Shown here: in pieces, positions 26,447-39,251 of the stretch | How the letters are laid out: each line of letters opens with the position of its first letter | Numbering within the stretch: the stretch's first letter is position 1 | Assembly: GCA_965649825.1 (NCBI GenBank) | Contig: OZ287701.1 | Coordinates: 857,101-921,100, forward strand | Reading direction: 5' to 3' | DNA length: 64,000 nt | Source: Penicillus capitatus | Taxonomy: Eukaryota > Plantae > Chlorophyta | Translations under genes and position numbers: made by a program | Notes under the pieces: model-generated | Database searches by the model: none | The model's input: the letters and a program-made list of their open reading frames with translations, nothing else | Told to the model about the DNA's origin: nothing

Positions 26447-27067
26447 GGACATCTGGTGCCACCAGTTGTTTTCTTTCGTGTGTTGCAAAAAGAGATGCTG
26501 CTTCAGAGCTGACGAACTTCCAGATCTGATCTTTTGAAAAAAACCTAAAGCCGACGACGCGAAGATTCCGTCTTTCAAACGAAAGAGAGATTTGAGTTTG
26601 CTGGACAAGCTTTAAGAATGTAAGTAATAATTCCTCGGTATACACGATTCGATTTAAGAAGCGAAAACCGCACCGATCCCGGATATGTCATTCTATCACC
26701 GCTCTCCTACGCCCAAGGGTGTCTCTGTCGATGTCATGTGATTCCTAGAGTGACAAGGAGAAGCACAATGATGTTCTCAACAGAAGCACTTCGGCAAGAT
26801 AGAACTAACCTAATTTCCTGATCATGTACGCTTTCAATGGACAAGAAACGAAATCAGAGTTGCAGATGAGCCTGCCATCATAGAGAACATTGAGACTGAC
26901 ACGTCCTTTGGTGTTGACAAGTACTTGTTCTCAGAAACTACACTGGAGACGCATCTTCCTCTTCCCTCTGTGTGCGACTCAGGTCTCGTACGGCAGGGAT
27001 TTCGCCGACGTCATCTGCCGTTATCGGACGGCAACGGTCGACTGCTCACGGCGAGGAGACTGACCTC

Positions 27068-27904
27068 ATGAAGGCTATCCTGTTCGTCGTAGTATCCCTC
27101 TTCTTTCTAAGTGCAAGTGGAGCGGATGAAGGAATCTTCGGAACGAGTCCCTTCCACTCTTTCGTTGACGACATCCGCGAACTGCGAAGTGGTTTCCCCG
27201 AACTGGTCGCCCTGCAGGAAGTCGTCGCACGCGGAGTGGACTACATCTCAACGACCACAGAGACCGCCGTGTTGCCAAGCCTGCAGACACGCGTCCTCGG
27301 ACGGGGTTTCCACCGCACTCTGCACTTCGAGATCGAGGACGTCTTGCACACGGGTCCCGTCGATGTTCTGATCTTCCAGCGTCTCGGAGCCGGCGTCTTC
27401 GCCGATCCTTACGAGCTAGAGGGCTTCCAAGAAGGACGCAAACGTTCTGTTGAGATACGGATCGTTGGACCTGTGGACTTGGAATCTCCAGCCTCCAGTT
27501 CTTTTCCCACACTCCTTTTTCTGAAGGCAAGGATAGCTCCGGCGAAGACCGGCCGCATTCTCACCGTACCGCTCTACGCAAAGTACCCGGAGGCGATCTC
27601 CAGAGAGGAGAGCAAAGCGTGTGATGGGAGCAGAGTCGACTGGATGTTGTGGTCGAGCTGCCACGTCTGTGTGGAGCTGGATCACCCCATCGCGGTTCTG
27701 GATCTCATGGATGAATCGAAAATGGGGATCGTCCTGGTATCGGAGTCAAGACAGAGGCTAACGATTCCTGCGGGAAACGCAGACCATACAGTGGCTGTCG
27801 TGCTTGTCAGCTTTCTCGTTCTTATGGCCTCATCCGCCGCAGTTCTGTGGATGCTCTTCACTGCACCTTGTGGACAATCGGTTTTGGATCAGAAGATCGA
27901 ATAA
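27068..27904 (+). CDS. PIGX: PIG-X/PBN1-like subunit of GPI mannosyltransferase I
   Basis: Signal peptide from ATG at 27068, GVFADPYEL, DLESPA, VPLYAKYP, IPAGN and a C-terminal TM helix, which is the PIG-X architecture. Confidence 0.8.
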   Translation: MKAILFVVVSLFFLSASGADEGIFGTSPFHSFVDDIRELRSGFPELVALQEVVARGVDYISTTTETAVLPSLQTRVLGRGFHRTLHFEIEDVLHTGPVDVLIFQRLGAGVFADPYELEGFQEGRKRSVEIRIVGPVDLESPASSSFPTLLFLKARIAPAKTGRILTVPLYAKYPEAISREESKACDGSRVDWMLWSSCHVCVELDHPIAVLDLMDESKMGIVLVSESRQRLTIPAGNADHTVAVVLVSFLVLMASSAAVLWMLFTAPCGQSVLDQKIE

Positions 27905-28677
27905 GCGCAGCTGACTCGCATGGAGTTTGAATACCTGCCTGTCGGAGTCGGTGTGATGCTGGTCTGTTGTGGTGCACTCTTCGATACTCGAGCGCTTGAT
28001 CGGCGCTCTCTGTATCAATTCGAAGTGTCGGAGAGGTCCCTTGTGGTTAATTGCATGAAGCGTGTGGTGACTAACAAAAGGCATTATCTAGTAAACCTTC
28101 AAGACGTTGTCGCGTCAAAGAGAGAGAAAAGGTTTGGCTTCATGTCTACTATTCCGACGGTTACAAATTGAATAACGTTTTCCTGCAATCTGGCATCCTT
28201 TTCTGAAGACATGCGTTGAGGAACAATGCATTGTAATCGACATCCTCTTATACAACAACTTCTCATGATTTTCTGAGAACTGCGCAGCTAACATAGAAGT
28301 CAGCAGAAAACTCGGCAATTCCAGGCAACAGATCTGACGAGACATCGGAATTCATGCACAATCAGCTCGCAATTTTTGGCTGCGTATTATTAGCCGACAC
28401 AGTTACAGTACGTCTCAAAGATTGCGACCGTCATATCACCAAGTGCACAGAGCGTTCAATTGCTTCTTAAGTGGTCGTTTGTTGCGAATCCCTCCGAAAC
28501 ACACCGTCCGTCAGCGCACTGCGGCGCAACCGACTGCATCCGCACCATCTGTTGCACGCGTTAAGGTCACAGCCACAGAAAGTATGTACGTTCGGCTGAC
28601 GCTCAATGTATCACGTCCAAAATGTCACGATCGACTAACCGACGCCACGCAGTTTTTCCTTCGCGTTCGTCGTCGAC

Positions 28678-29547
28678 ATGCTTAACATCAGCAGAGCATC
28701 CTGCCGGGCGGGAAACAATGTAGCAGGAAGAGTGCACAACACACACAGGAAGCACGTTGCCAGGCATACCATGCGTACTGGACTGAGCATCGGATTCGAA
28801 AGACAGGCTTTCTCGGGAGGTCTCTCGCGGTCGACCAAGCATCTTTCACGAAAGCTCTTTCTCGATGAAGCCAAACTCCGTCGCAAAGCGGAGCTCGATT
28901 ACATCGACTACCGACATCTGAATGGCGCCGTCATCGAAGAGGCATCAGATGAAGATCCACCCCTCACCGAAGAAGCGATCTCCGACAACGGCTACGTCGA
29001 ACTGGATGCAGACATGGAGGAACTGGACAGCACTCCACCGAAGCAAGGCATCTGGCAGAAGTTCCGCGGCATTCGGGCGCTCTTCGCATACCTCTCCGAT
29101 CGTCAAGAACTGGGCAAGAGAGGCGAAGGACTGTTCCTCGTGAGTGCCATCATCACCATCCTCGCCCTCTTTCCTCCCTTCGCCGTGCGAGGATGCTTCA
29201 AGGCGATTGGATACATCGCCCTTATCTACGGCGCCGTCAGTGCCGTGGCCGGAGTGACGACACTGGGTGAATCGTTCTCTCCCTTGCCCGTTCCTAGGAA
29301 AGATGCCTCCTTCGTCTCGACGGGAATCTTCCGCTTTGTCCGACATCCCTTCTACGCCGGACTCCTTTTCGTTGCCTTGGGTTTCTCGATCGTCTCGGGA
29401 AATGAGTTCCGCCTGCTCGTGACGGCATTGCTGTACTGGATGATCGATCAGACGATCAAGGGAGAAGAGAAAGACCTGGAAGAAACCTATCCCGAATACA
29501 CCGCCTATAAATCCCAGACGGCAAAACTGATTCCTTTTCTCTACTGA
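28678..29547 (+). CDS. ICMT/PEMT-like membrane methyltransferase family protein with transit-peptide-like N-terminus
   Basis: SPLPVPR...FVSTGIFRFVRHPFYAG...EEKDLEETYPEY..YK..T.KLIP motifs and several TM helices. Confidence 0.85.
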   Translation: MLNISRASCRAGNNVAGRVHNTHRKHVARHTMRTGLSIGFERQAFSGGLSRSTKHLSRKLFLDEAKLRRKAELDYIDYRHLNGAVIEEASDEDPPLTEEAISDNGYVELDADMEELDSTPPKQGIWQKFRGIRALFAYLSDRQELGKRGEGLFLVSAIITILALFPPFAVRGCFKAIGYIALIYGAVSAVAGVTTLGESFSPLPVPRKDASFVSTGIFRFVRHPFYAGLLFVALGFSIVSGNEFRLLVTALLYWMIDQTIKGEEKDLEETYPEYTAYKSQTAKLIPFLY

Positions 29548-29608
29548 CCCACTGTGGTTCACGATGCTGATACGGCCAGATGTCTGAACGACGTGGCTGA
29601 TCTTCCTA

Positions 29609-29613
29609 TGTAA
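29609..29613 (+). promoter_or_regulatory. Candidate chlorophyte-type TGTAA polyadenylation signal
   Basis: TGTAA about 60 nt after the stop at 29547. Another occurs at 26619-26623, downstream of AKR3. A 5-mer alone is weak evidence. Confidence 0.4.
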
Positions 29614-29787
29614 ATCCAATGCATGATGCAGCACATTAATCGCGAACGGCACCGGCATTTCTTCAAACAGCATTTAGTTTGCACTTTTTCCTGAGCACTC
29701 TGTATTGGACGTATTCTTCAAATATCACCCACCTGTCCAATAACCATCGTCTCCTCCTTCTTTTATTTAGTAAAACGCCTCCTCTCC

Positions 29788-31392
29788 ATGGCGTCTGTTA
29801 TCGAGCATTTCGAAATCGAAACGGACGCATCTGTATACTTTCCTGGTTCTCTCGTCAACGGACGCGTCTGTCTTCGAACGAATAAGAGCGTCCTGTGCAA
29901 AGGCATTTCGCTCGAAGCTATCGGCGAAGCGCAATGTGTCATGGACGCACAACCGCCTCTAAGCCGGACCTATTACTACCGCCAGGCAACATTGTATGGC
30001 GGTGTGTATCGCACGGAGATCGCAAGATGGAAACACGGCGAGCTGCGATTCGCGAGCAAGGCAGTTCCGGACGGAGGCATCCTTCATGTACCCATTTCCA
30101 AGTACGAAAAGAAGCTGGTGCTGCACCTCGTTGGACGTTCTGGGGATGAAGAAGTCGTCCTCGGTGCAGCACGGCTCTATCCCTTATCTCTCATTGACAA
30201 CTGCCGCTCAAAAGACCGTGTTGACATGCCGTTAACACTGGATGGCGCTATTGTGACCGCAGTCGCTCAGTTCAAGGCATCGTGGCAGTTGTCCGACAAA
30301 GGTGACTGTCTGCTTCTGCCCTTACACGGATACTCCGAGCAGTCGCGGGTCGTGACATTCGACATCTCCAGCGTCCTTCTGAAGAAACTACCAGAGCTGG
30401 ATGCAGCCATCGATGCATTCTATTGTCAGATATCGGTGGAGTCGGACGCCGTTCATGCCGACGGTCAGCAGATGAAGATCCCCAAGCTCGATGTGGAGTT
30501 TCCGTTTTCCCTGAAGCTGCCTGAAGAGCTCCCGACAAGTCTCGACACCGAAGATGGACATTCCATCCGTTACGCATTAACGTGCTCCCTAAACGACGCA
30601 CTCTCGACATCCTACTCCGTCGTCTGCCACTTTGCTGTCATACAGCCCATTCCGAGTTCGATCCCTGTCCTTGCTACGGCTCGAAAAGTTCAGTCGACGA
30701 GAAAATGGTGGTGGAGTTGCATGCGGGACAGTCCCATTAACATGGTCACACACTTGGATCGTTCTGGCTACTCCCCAGGAGAGCCCGTTCGTCTCCGTGT
30801 CAAGGGAGAGAATTCTCTCAGAGTTCCGTTAGATATTCGAGTGGATCTCATTCGAGTGCATCGCTGCTGCAATGCCTTCGATCAGGAATTCACATTTTGT
30901 ACCGAATTCAATATGTTGTCGGACGTGAGAGTGAAAGAGAAAGAACCGTTTTTATTTGATTGGGCCCTTCCGTTTCCAGTCGTGGCCCCGACCTACGAAG
31001 AAATCGAGGGCGAGCCGGAGCCATTGACATGGCATTATGAACTGGCTGTGACGGTCGAAGCCCGTAACACCGTCATTCTTGTACATCAAGCAACCGTCGT
31101 GGCAGCTGCCTTACCAACCGAAGTCTTTTCCGAGTCCAAAGGAGACCGCATTCATCACTCAAGGATCGAAATCACATCCATGCTCTCAAAACAGACCCGC
31201 GTGCTTCTTGGCGATTGGCAAGACATTGTTGCGGAAGACTTCGATGGATCTTTGAATCTTAAGCCGGATGCGCACAAGGAGGCCATCCGTGCAACCAATA
31301 AAGTCATTAGGCGAGGAAAGACCGAAGCGTCATCCTTCATTCCCCTTTACTCATCAGCAAGGGCCGTCGAATCAACGGCTTTAGAACAATGA
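29788..31392 (+). CDS. Arrestin-domain protein (arrestin-N and arrestin-C) with an insertion in the N-domain
   Basis: VYFPGSLVNGRV.L...GISLEAIGEA, FPFSLKLPEELPTS...IRYAL and LDRSGYSPGEPVRLRV..EN are typical alpha-arrestin fold motifs. Confidence 0.75.
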   Translation: MASVIEHFEIETDASVYFPGSLVNGRVCLRTNKSVLCKGISLEAIGEAQCVMDAQPPLSRTYYYRQATLYGGVYRTEIARWKHGELRFASKAVPDGGILHVPISKYEKKLVLHLVGRSGDEEVVLGAARLYPLSLIDNCRSKDRVDMPLTLDGAIVTAVAQFKASWQLSDKGDCLLLPLHGYSEQSRVVTFDISSVLLKKLPELDAAIDAFYCQISVESDAVHADGQQMKIPKLDVEFPFSLKLPEELPTSLDTEDGHSIRYALTCSLNDALSTSYSVVCHFAVIQPIPSSIPVLATARKVQSTRKWWWSCMRDSPINMVTHLDRSGYSPGEPVRLRVKGENSLRVPLDIRVDLIRVHRCCNAFDQEFTFCTEFNMLSDVRVKEKEPFLFDWALPFPVVAPTYEEIEGEPEPLTWHYELAVTVEARNTVILVHQATVVAAALPTEVFSESKGDRIHHSRIEITSMLSKQTRVLLGDWQDIVAEDFDGSLNLKPDAHKEAIRATNKVIRRGKTEASSFIPLYSSARAVESTALEQ

Positions 31393-31650
31393 TGATTCGT
31401 GAATCCAGTATGGAGGTGTTCGATCATGCGCAGAACTCTTCAAACGTATGTTGTTGTTGTTTGTTGTTCGATTTCAACCTGTTCTAGAAACGTTTGGACA
31501 TCAAGAAGCGTAATCAAGGCACATGTATCACGATTGCGCACGACGGTTGCACGACTTCTTTTTCGACGTTCTTCCCTGGCTGTGCTTTATTGGCCTGACC
31601 TGTGTCTCACAGAAACGAAGCGGAGGTTGCGTGAAGCCGGTCGGACGCCG

Positions 31651-33205
31651 ATGACGACGGACGCATTCCTAAAGAGAACCTCTTTACTCCTGTTGCTCAG
31701 TTTAACACTTTTTGCATTCACGGCGAAAGCCCAACTCGACGAAGGTCGTATTCACTCCGCCCGCTATACCGACGACGATACCGCCGCCAGACGCGCGACA
31801 TCTCGCGCAGCTGTCGTTGGCTGGGCTGCGTGCGATGATGCAATGTATTGGTTGTAGAAGAGGACGATGAAGACGACTCGTGGTCTCTCGTCCTTGCTCT
31901 GGTGGTTGTGATCGTCTTTCTGGCTCTCCTGTCCATCTGCTTGATCGTCGTTATCTGCGAAATACGAACATCCAAGGTACGCTCTTTATCTCTATGGCCT
32001 TCCATCGATGTACGACGGACGACGCTGTTCAGCCCGATCCTGCACCGGAACCCAAAACGTCTGAAGTGCAGCGGATTCACATTGGCATCCAGACAGACCC
32101 GGTGGCGTATGCTTTTCGTGCTGTGCTGTGTGACGGCTGTATGGTCTGCAGGAAGAACCACCGATTGCCATTGTTGCCAGAATTCCATCTTCTACCGAAT
32201 CGGAAGAAATTGTACACTCTCCAGCGCCCTTCTCCAAGATTCTCGACGGTAAGATGCCGATGCCGCAAGAGATCGGCCATCGTGCTGCTCTCCTGTTCGG
32301 TAGGTTTGTATCATCTGTCCCCGAACGCGATATACGGGCGGAATGCAACGTTAATAAAAGGAACGGCTGTGGTTGCTCCGCGTGAGGTCTTGCTAAAAGT
32401 CTTCGATCATTCGAATCTCTGTATGCACGAGTACGACTTCTATACCTCCATTCTGAACCAAGAGGGCCCATCGTTGATGTACAATCAAGCCAGGACATTC
32501 ATTCCCGAACTCATCGATGCTGGACAGCTGACGATGGGCGATCGAACCCATCCGACGCTCGTGCTCGAACAGGGAAAGTTTACCGTCAGAGATTTTATTT
32601 TGCCCAAGAAGGGTGCACAGCAGTATGTCGTGTTGTCCGAAAAATCGAGCTTCTTCCAAATATGCAGTTCTGTGCGATTCGTGCACAGCAAAGGCTACGT
32701 GCACGGTGACTTGCATCCAGGGAGCATCATGTTCTTTGGCAGTCGCTGGAAACTCGTCGATTTTTCTTCTTGGGGAAGCGAAGAGACGCCGATGGCATGT
32801 CGCTCGACCCCACACTATACAGCGCCCGAAATAATGCAGGCCATTGCTAAAGGAAACGCATCCATGCCAATGGCTCAGAAAGCCGATGTCTGGTCTCTTG
32901 GACTCATCGGATGGGAGATTCTTACCAAGCAACCCCTTCTGCCGACATCCGAGTGCGTCCCCTCTCAACGACGGTGATGCCACGTGGCGCGCGATCGGCT
33001 TGTCTGGTGTAGATATACGGAAGAGGACATCGTGGAGATGAGCTTCGGTAATGAACCCTATCCGTGGGAAGGCAAGGCTGCACAGTTCTGGAAACCCATC
33101 AGGAGCCCAGCTGCCGCCAAGATCGTTCAAAACTGCCTTCATCGAGATCCCGAACAGAGATGGAATGTTGAAAAAGTTATCCAACATATGAAATTCTGGT
33201 CCTAG
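31651..33205 (+). CDS. Membrane-anchored protein kinase-like (signal peptide, tiny ectodomain, TM, degenerate kinase domain), multi-exon
   Basis: N-terminal hydrophobic signal, TM LVLALVVVIVFLALLSICLIVVIC, and kinase motifs VLLK, VHGDLHPGS, LVDFS, YTAPE, DVWSLG and DPEQR. Confidence 0.8.
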
Positions 33206-33701
33206 AGGCAAGTACATATGTCGTTGTTGTCTTCTTTGATTCGATTGATCTTTTGCATCGACACCTTGTCAACCAGTGACCTTCTTCCCACCGTATTGTC
33301 ATTCTTGTGTCCCTTGTCCTTCAAAAACAAAGCCACAAGATCGCCATCGACGCTGACGCCTTTCGCCGGAGGAACAGAAAAATGGCGGCTGCGTCACGTC
33401 ACTGCCTTTTTGATATTACACTCAACGTCAACAAAGTCAAGAATAATAGCTCTTCTCTCCTGTGTGTACCTTCTTAGATGAAATGCTTAACCATTTGGTG
33501 CTTTCTTTCGAAGATTCAATGAGCTTTTATGGGTGTGCACAAAATAGACGCCATGTGCGATGCTAGATGCATGTCTGAGGGACCGCGAAACAGTTACAAA
33601 GAGGCAAAGTGTTCTCACTCGCGCGATCTCGCTGAGAATCTTCGCTCAAAAAAATAAACAAACAAGAAGAATCCATCCGCCAGACGTATGCGCTTAGAGG
33701 T

Positions 33702-35425
33702 TTAAGAAATCGATGTCCTTCGCGACTTTTCGTCAATGATGCGTTTTTCAGCAATCCCGAAACAGATAGCCGATGCCATGTAGCTCAACGGAATAATACA
33801 CATAGCATCTCTCAGGCCAATCTTGGGCTCCAGTGCTGCGATCAAGATCGGTCCGACACTGGCCAAGAGATTCCTTAGCGACAGATGTATGGCGGCGGCC
33901 GTCGAAACGGCATCGGCTGGACACGATTCTCGCACCATGATCGCACAGGAGGCACGCCAGCTTTCCAGGAACAGATAACCGAAGAGGAGATAGAGAAAGG
34001 AAGACGGATAGTCTGCCGCCTGAAAAGACATAAAGATCAGAGGCGATCCAAGCAACGTCCCACCAGACGTCAAAATAAAACGCGCATTGCGCTGCGATAG
34101 CCAATCCGAAAGAAGACTCCCACCCACGCCGCCCACGATGCCACTGATCGGTATAATTGCTGCCAGTAGAGGGGCATAGACACTCGAGGAGATGCCGTAA
34201 ACACGTTCGTAGAAAATAGCCTGCCAGGAAATGAGAGACCAGAATCCAATGTCGTTTAGAGAAGCTGCCAGTGTGGTGGCTCGAAAGCTCTTGTTCTGAA
34301 GAATGCTCTCGATCTTGGAGCGCATTTCTTGAATGCCTTGTTTCGGTCGTTCGGCCGGCAGCGATCGGTTCTGCTCACGCGGATCCTGTACCAATGCCAT
34401 GAGGAATCCAATTCCCAGTCCAGGAATGCCAACCCAAAAAAGCAAATCTCGCCAAGACGATGCGGATTGGGCCATTCCTATAAAATCGTAGTCAAAAAGC
34501 GGCGCCACAGTGGCCTGATCGCCCGTCACATACAGGAGAGACATAGACGTCACATCAAACTGATCCAGAGGGACGGTGTGTATACCCATCATCTCATGGA
34601 CACCGAATTTTACCAGGATCAAGGCGAGGAAGAACGACAATGCTCGGCCAATGTACAGCGCTGAATTATAGAGCGACATCGCCGTCGTGCCTTTATTGGG
34701 AAAGAGTTCAGGAATCAGTCCATAGGCAACAGGATTCTGCATCGACTGCGAAGCGGCCGTGGAAAGACGAACAAGAAGAAGGTCGCTGAAGGAAGTGGCT
34801 TTCGAGGCCAATGCAGTCACCACACTCCAACACACGATGCCAAACGAAAGCAGCTGCGGACGATTCATGCGATCGGCCAGGAAGCCAAACGGAATCTGCA
34901 TCAATGCGTAGACCATTGTGAAGCCAACCGTCAGAAATGCCCCTTGGCTGTCAGTAAGGGCCGAATCGGCAGCGATGGAGGGCAAGAGGGCAGGAATAGC
35001 AAATCCTGTGCTGCTGCAGTGAAGGTATGAGATGGTGCAGAGGCCCAGAATCCAGAGAGCATTTGCCGCTGTGGGGGTAGTCGTATCGGCTGGAATCTCC
35101 GTCGCTTCTTCAGCTGTGGAGAAACCCAAACCCTTCACATCTGCTGCGCCTATCTCGGATGCCGCCCTGCATAGACGCACGCTTCTGCGCGTGGTTTTGC
35201 GAGAAGGATGGACCTAAAGGTAGCACCGCTATGGGGATCATCAACCTCTATATATTCCACTTCGCTAAAATCGACGCTGCGTTCGACCACACTGAAAGGA
35301 ACATCGTCGCCCGTCGCCGCCCTTCCGATGCGCGGCGTCTGTTTTCGTGTCTGACGCGTCAGGCATTTCTGCTGCAGTGGCGTTAGCCGCCAGGGAAGAA
35401 AGAGGGCACTGCTCTGTATCATCAT
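33702..35425 (-). CDS. Major facilitator superfamily transporter, Spinster-like, with N-terminal extension
   Basis: About 12 TM segments and MFS motif A (GFLADRMNRPQLL). The upstream exon is joined by a 47-nt GT-AG intron at about 35167-35213. Confidence 0.9.
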
Positions 35426-35522
35426 ACGGGCGGGCGTTAATGAGAAGACGTGGCGAATCTCGTTCGTGAATGGTCCACCGCCCGCGCGACCCAGTTATTC
35501 GGTGACGCGTCAATCTCTGTCC

Positions 35523-37736
35523 ATGACGACGCCTCCTGGAATGCCGAACGCTCCGGCAGGGAGCTTTCCCCCACAGGGCACGCCGATACCGCGACCGGGA
35601 GCGATCCCTCTCCCGCCGTTTGTCACGCCGCCCGTCGCCGCGACATCTTACGGTCTCTCTGCGTCGTGTCTTGCTGAAGGAGACGACGCGAAACTGCTCT
35701 CTAGGCTTTCCGCCGCCCATGCATCCGATGATGGTACCTCCTGGTGCTGGACTGATGCCGCCAGTCATGCCGATGCCCCTTCCCACCGCAGCGGTCCCCA
35801 AGAGCACCGATGTCTACGTTGGCAAAATCGCAAACACCGTCGAGGACGAAACGATCAAAGTCCGACCCTCATCGCCTCCATCTCGCGATATGACCCTTCG
35901 CGCGCGGTGCAGCGTCTGTTAGAGGTATGTGGCGAAGTCAAATCATGGAAACGGGCAGAAGACCCAGACACACATCAGCCCAAAGCTTTTGGTTTCTGCG
36001 AGTTCGAAGAGGCCGAAGGCGTATTGCGGTAAGACCCGTGCAATGTGACAGCTCTCGGTCGAGCAGTGTGTCTAGTGCAACGCGTTTGCTGAACAATCTG
36101 AAAGTGGACAATCAGGAACTGCAGGCACGCAGCAGCAGTGCCACGTCGAAGTATGTCGACGCCTTTCAACGAGAGAAAGCAATGCGTGGAATAGAAGACA
36201 AAGAAGAAGGCGAGCACGTCGAGACGGAAGAACAGAAAGACGCGAAACTGATGGAACAGATCACGAAGATTCTGGACGAGCGCGAGGCGGAGAAGAGTAA
36301 AATGAAGGAGGAGGTGCCCCTGACGAAAGATCAGGATTCGGAAACGATGAGTCAGCGATCGCGCGACGTCGAGAGCGATCTGCGCGATCGACGATACGCG
36401 AGATACGGACGTGGATCGAACGATGCCCGATCGGAACGGGCACTGTCGCGTGATCGACGTGAGATGGAGATGTTGATTCGTGATGAAGAGGCGGCGTATC
36501 GTAAGAGACTGCAAGAATGGGAAAGCTACGAACGGTATCGCACAATCTCACTCTTTTATGGGTATTCTCACTGTTTTTGCGATTAGACGTATTGAGAAAG
36601 AGCTTCAACGAGAGAGCGACATCCAGAGGACATTGCAATCGGAACGGGCCCGGGCACGTCGCGTTGATTACTTGGAAGAATCGGATGATGAGAAGGAGTC
36701 ATGGGAGAGAAAGCCGTACAAGAATAGGTGCGAAAAAGTGTGAGAGAGATGTGTGATGTGTGTGGTAGTCGAAGGGCCGAGGTCCGCCGCAGGCGACGAA
36801 GGGAAGAAGAGGCCTGGGACGAAGCTGATCGACAACGCGAAGAGAAAGAGAACGAGATGAAACGACAGAAGTCTGAGGAACCGGAAGACATGGAAGTCGA
36901 CACCATACCCTCAGAAGAGCCCACACAACACGTACTCCATCATGCCCCGATCTCATAGCCGTCATCGTGATTGTTAGATGGATATCGAAGGCAGCAATGG
37001 AGTGCAAGCGACCGATTCTCAGGCGAATGTGGAGAAGGAGATGCAGCCAGAGGTTGTGACGGCAGGCTCCATTGCATTGACCCTTCAGCCGAAGAAAACG
37101 GCGAAAGCAGTGACTCCGGTTACCTCTTTGGAAAGCAGTGCGTTGAAAGATATCTTTGGCGATGAGGAAGAGGATAAGCCAAAGCGCGAAGCGGTTTGTC
37201 TCTCTGTTCGCAGAGATGTCAGATAACAGACATTACGTTTGTTTTAGAGGGGATTGGCTTTCTCTGAGATCGATACGAGACCGACACCAGATCCCAAAGA
37301 TGCCGCCAAGAATCTCATCGATGCGCTTCCCAAGACAAAAGACGAAGTCTACAAGTACTGCATTTCTCACTCTTTTTACACAACACTGACATCTCTCTTG
37401 ACAGCTATGCTATCAAGTGGGAGGCATATCAGTCCAATGTCGCCGGCGCCAAGATCGAGAGCTGGCTCAACAAGAAAGTATCCGAAATCCTCGGCTTCGA
37501 AGAAGCCAGTTTGACAAGTGTGTGACCATCCATCTATCCCTATGCCAGATGTGTGAGAAATATCTGTCACATCAGGTTTCATCATGGCTCAATTGGATCA
37601 ACATCAACCACCGAGTGCTTTGGAGAAGGAACTGGCTGAGGTGCTGGATGACGAGCAGCAGACAGAGACCTTCATCATCAAGCTCTACCGCACCGTCATC
37701 TATGAAACCGAAAAGGCAGCTGCTCTTGACACCTAA
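35523..37736 (+). CDS. RBM25: RNA-binding protein 25 (RRM + RE-rich region + PWI domain), multi-exon
   Basis: RRM VYVGKI...LLEVCGEVKSWKR...KAFGFCEFE, an Arg/Glu-rich middle, and C-terminal PWI-type LPKTKDEV...WLNKKVSEILGFEEASL...FIIKLYR. Confidence 0.9.
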
Positions 37737-39251
37737 TAACATTGGGGTACTCTTTACGATGTTCGAACTGCCTTTCTATGTGAAGAGTTCTTTGCTATCT
37801 CCCTCCCTGTCTTTGGCAACGAAGGCGTTCGTGAAACCTAGCCTATGCGAAAAACGCTTTCCAGGTCTGGAACTGTTTTCTCCGTATGATCTGTGCACTG
37901 CTCTGTCTGTAGTGACTCAAGGACTGTCCATACAGCAGAAGGCGGCATTTCGACAGTCGTGCTGTCACATCACCACTATCATCCCCACGTCCCCCACAGG
38001 TGTCACATCATCCGAACATCGCGCCGTCGCTTCTGTCGATGCGTCGTCGTCTATGTCTTCGACGATGTCATTCGTACATGCCTGGTAGACACGACTTCTG
38101 ACAGACAACGATCGGATTCTGATCACAGGAACGCTCGACGGCCACGTGCACGTTGTCAGGCGTCGATCTCCGCAACGACGCCTCCCATCAGATCGACGTA
38201 TACACAGAACGGGTATGGACATGGCTATTTGTTGGATACCTCGTGCATCGCATGAATGTCATGCCGAAAGAGAAGAGTGAGAGGATCCATTCACTCCTCT
38301 GTTATGATCACTAGCAGGGACGCCTTCGGTTACCAACCACAATAGCTGTTGTCTCTCCGCATGGCAGCATGAGCGCGGCATTGGTGTTTCAAAGGCACTT
38401 CACCTATCAGCACCACAGGGCAGAGTTCGTTAGTCTTCGGCCACATATCTCGCTATGACGGGCGAGTGAGATGACACCCAGCAGGAGAAAGTCATGACAG
38501 GGGTCACATTAGGCAAAGATGTGAGGTGGCAGGGATCGGAAGCATTTGCCGTGGCGCTGCCCTCAACCAGAACTCACGGAATGATCATGATCCTGCTCGA
38601 TGGTGGAATGCGCCAGCAATGGTCGTGCCTATGTTGAATGTGTAGGAACTGAAGATTGCGATGACCCAATTGCGCTGTGAGATCCTTTTCCTCTTTGCAG
38701 AAACGAACTGTAAGCTTAGTAGATATTCTCCTGCGTCTACGACTGCTACAAGAAGGGCACTGCTTACTGTTGGTTTTGGCTTCATTGGTGTTTGCGGCAA
38801 TGGCGAATGGTCTCCGCAATCCACGTCGCAGATCACGATGACATGCAACAAGACTGCATTGTATGTGTGCATGGCTTCAGACACAACCAATTCATTAAAC
38901 AACAGGTACACACCACTGAGGGTTGCTTCTGGGCTTCCTGTTGTGTGCTGTGTAAAACAAGTTGCTTAACAAAGGGTTTCTCCCTGCTGAGTATCTCTTC
39001 TGACACTTGAGTTCAATTGTTCTCTCTGTGGTGTTTTGATCACGATGGCAGCATGAGCAGCATGACATCTGTGCCTGATGTGACGTCACAGTTGTCGATA
39101 GCCGTGCGCAACGAGAGAATATAGGGGAAGAACGCAGCAAGATATCTTTTCATTGTCCATCTGACCCAGTCGCGTGGCGGAGGTCAACACTTGGCGGATT
39201 GTCGCCGACTTCGATGCGATGGGTGACGTCACGTCAACTTTTCGTTTGACG

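Noticed and set aside
38574-38911. Possible piggyBac relic (EAMHTYN; CPSC...T...C pattern on the minus strand)
   Set aside because: The motifs are short and in different frames, and no DDD core, TIRs or TTAA TSD were found.
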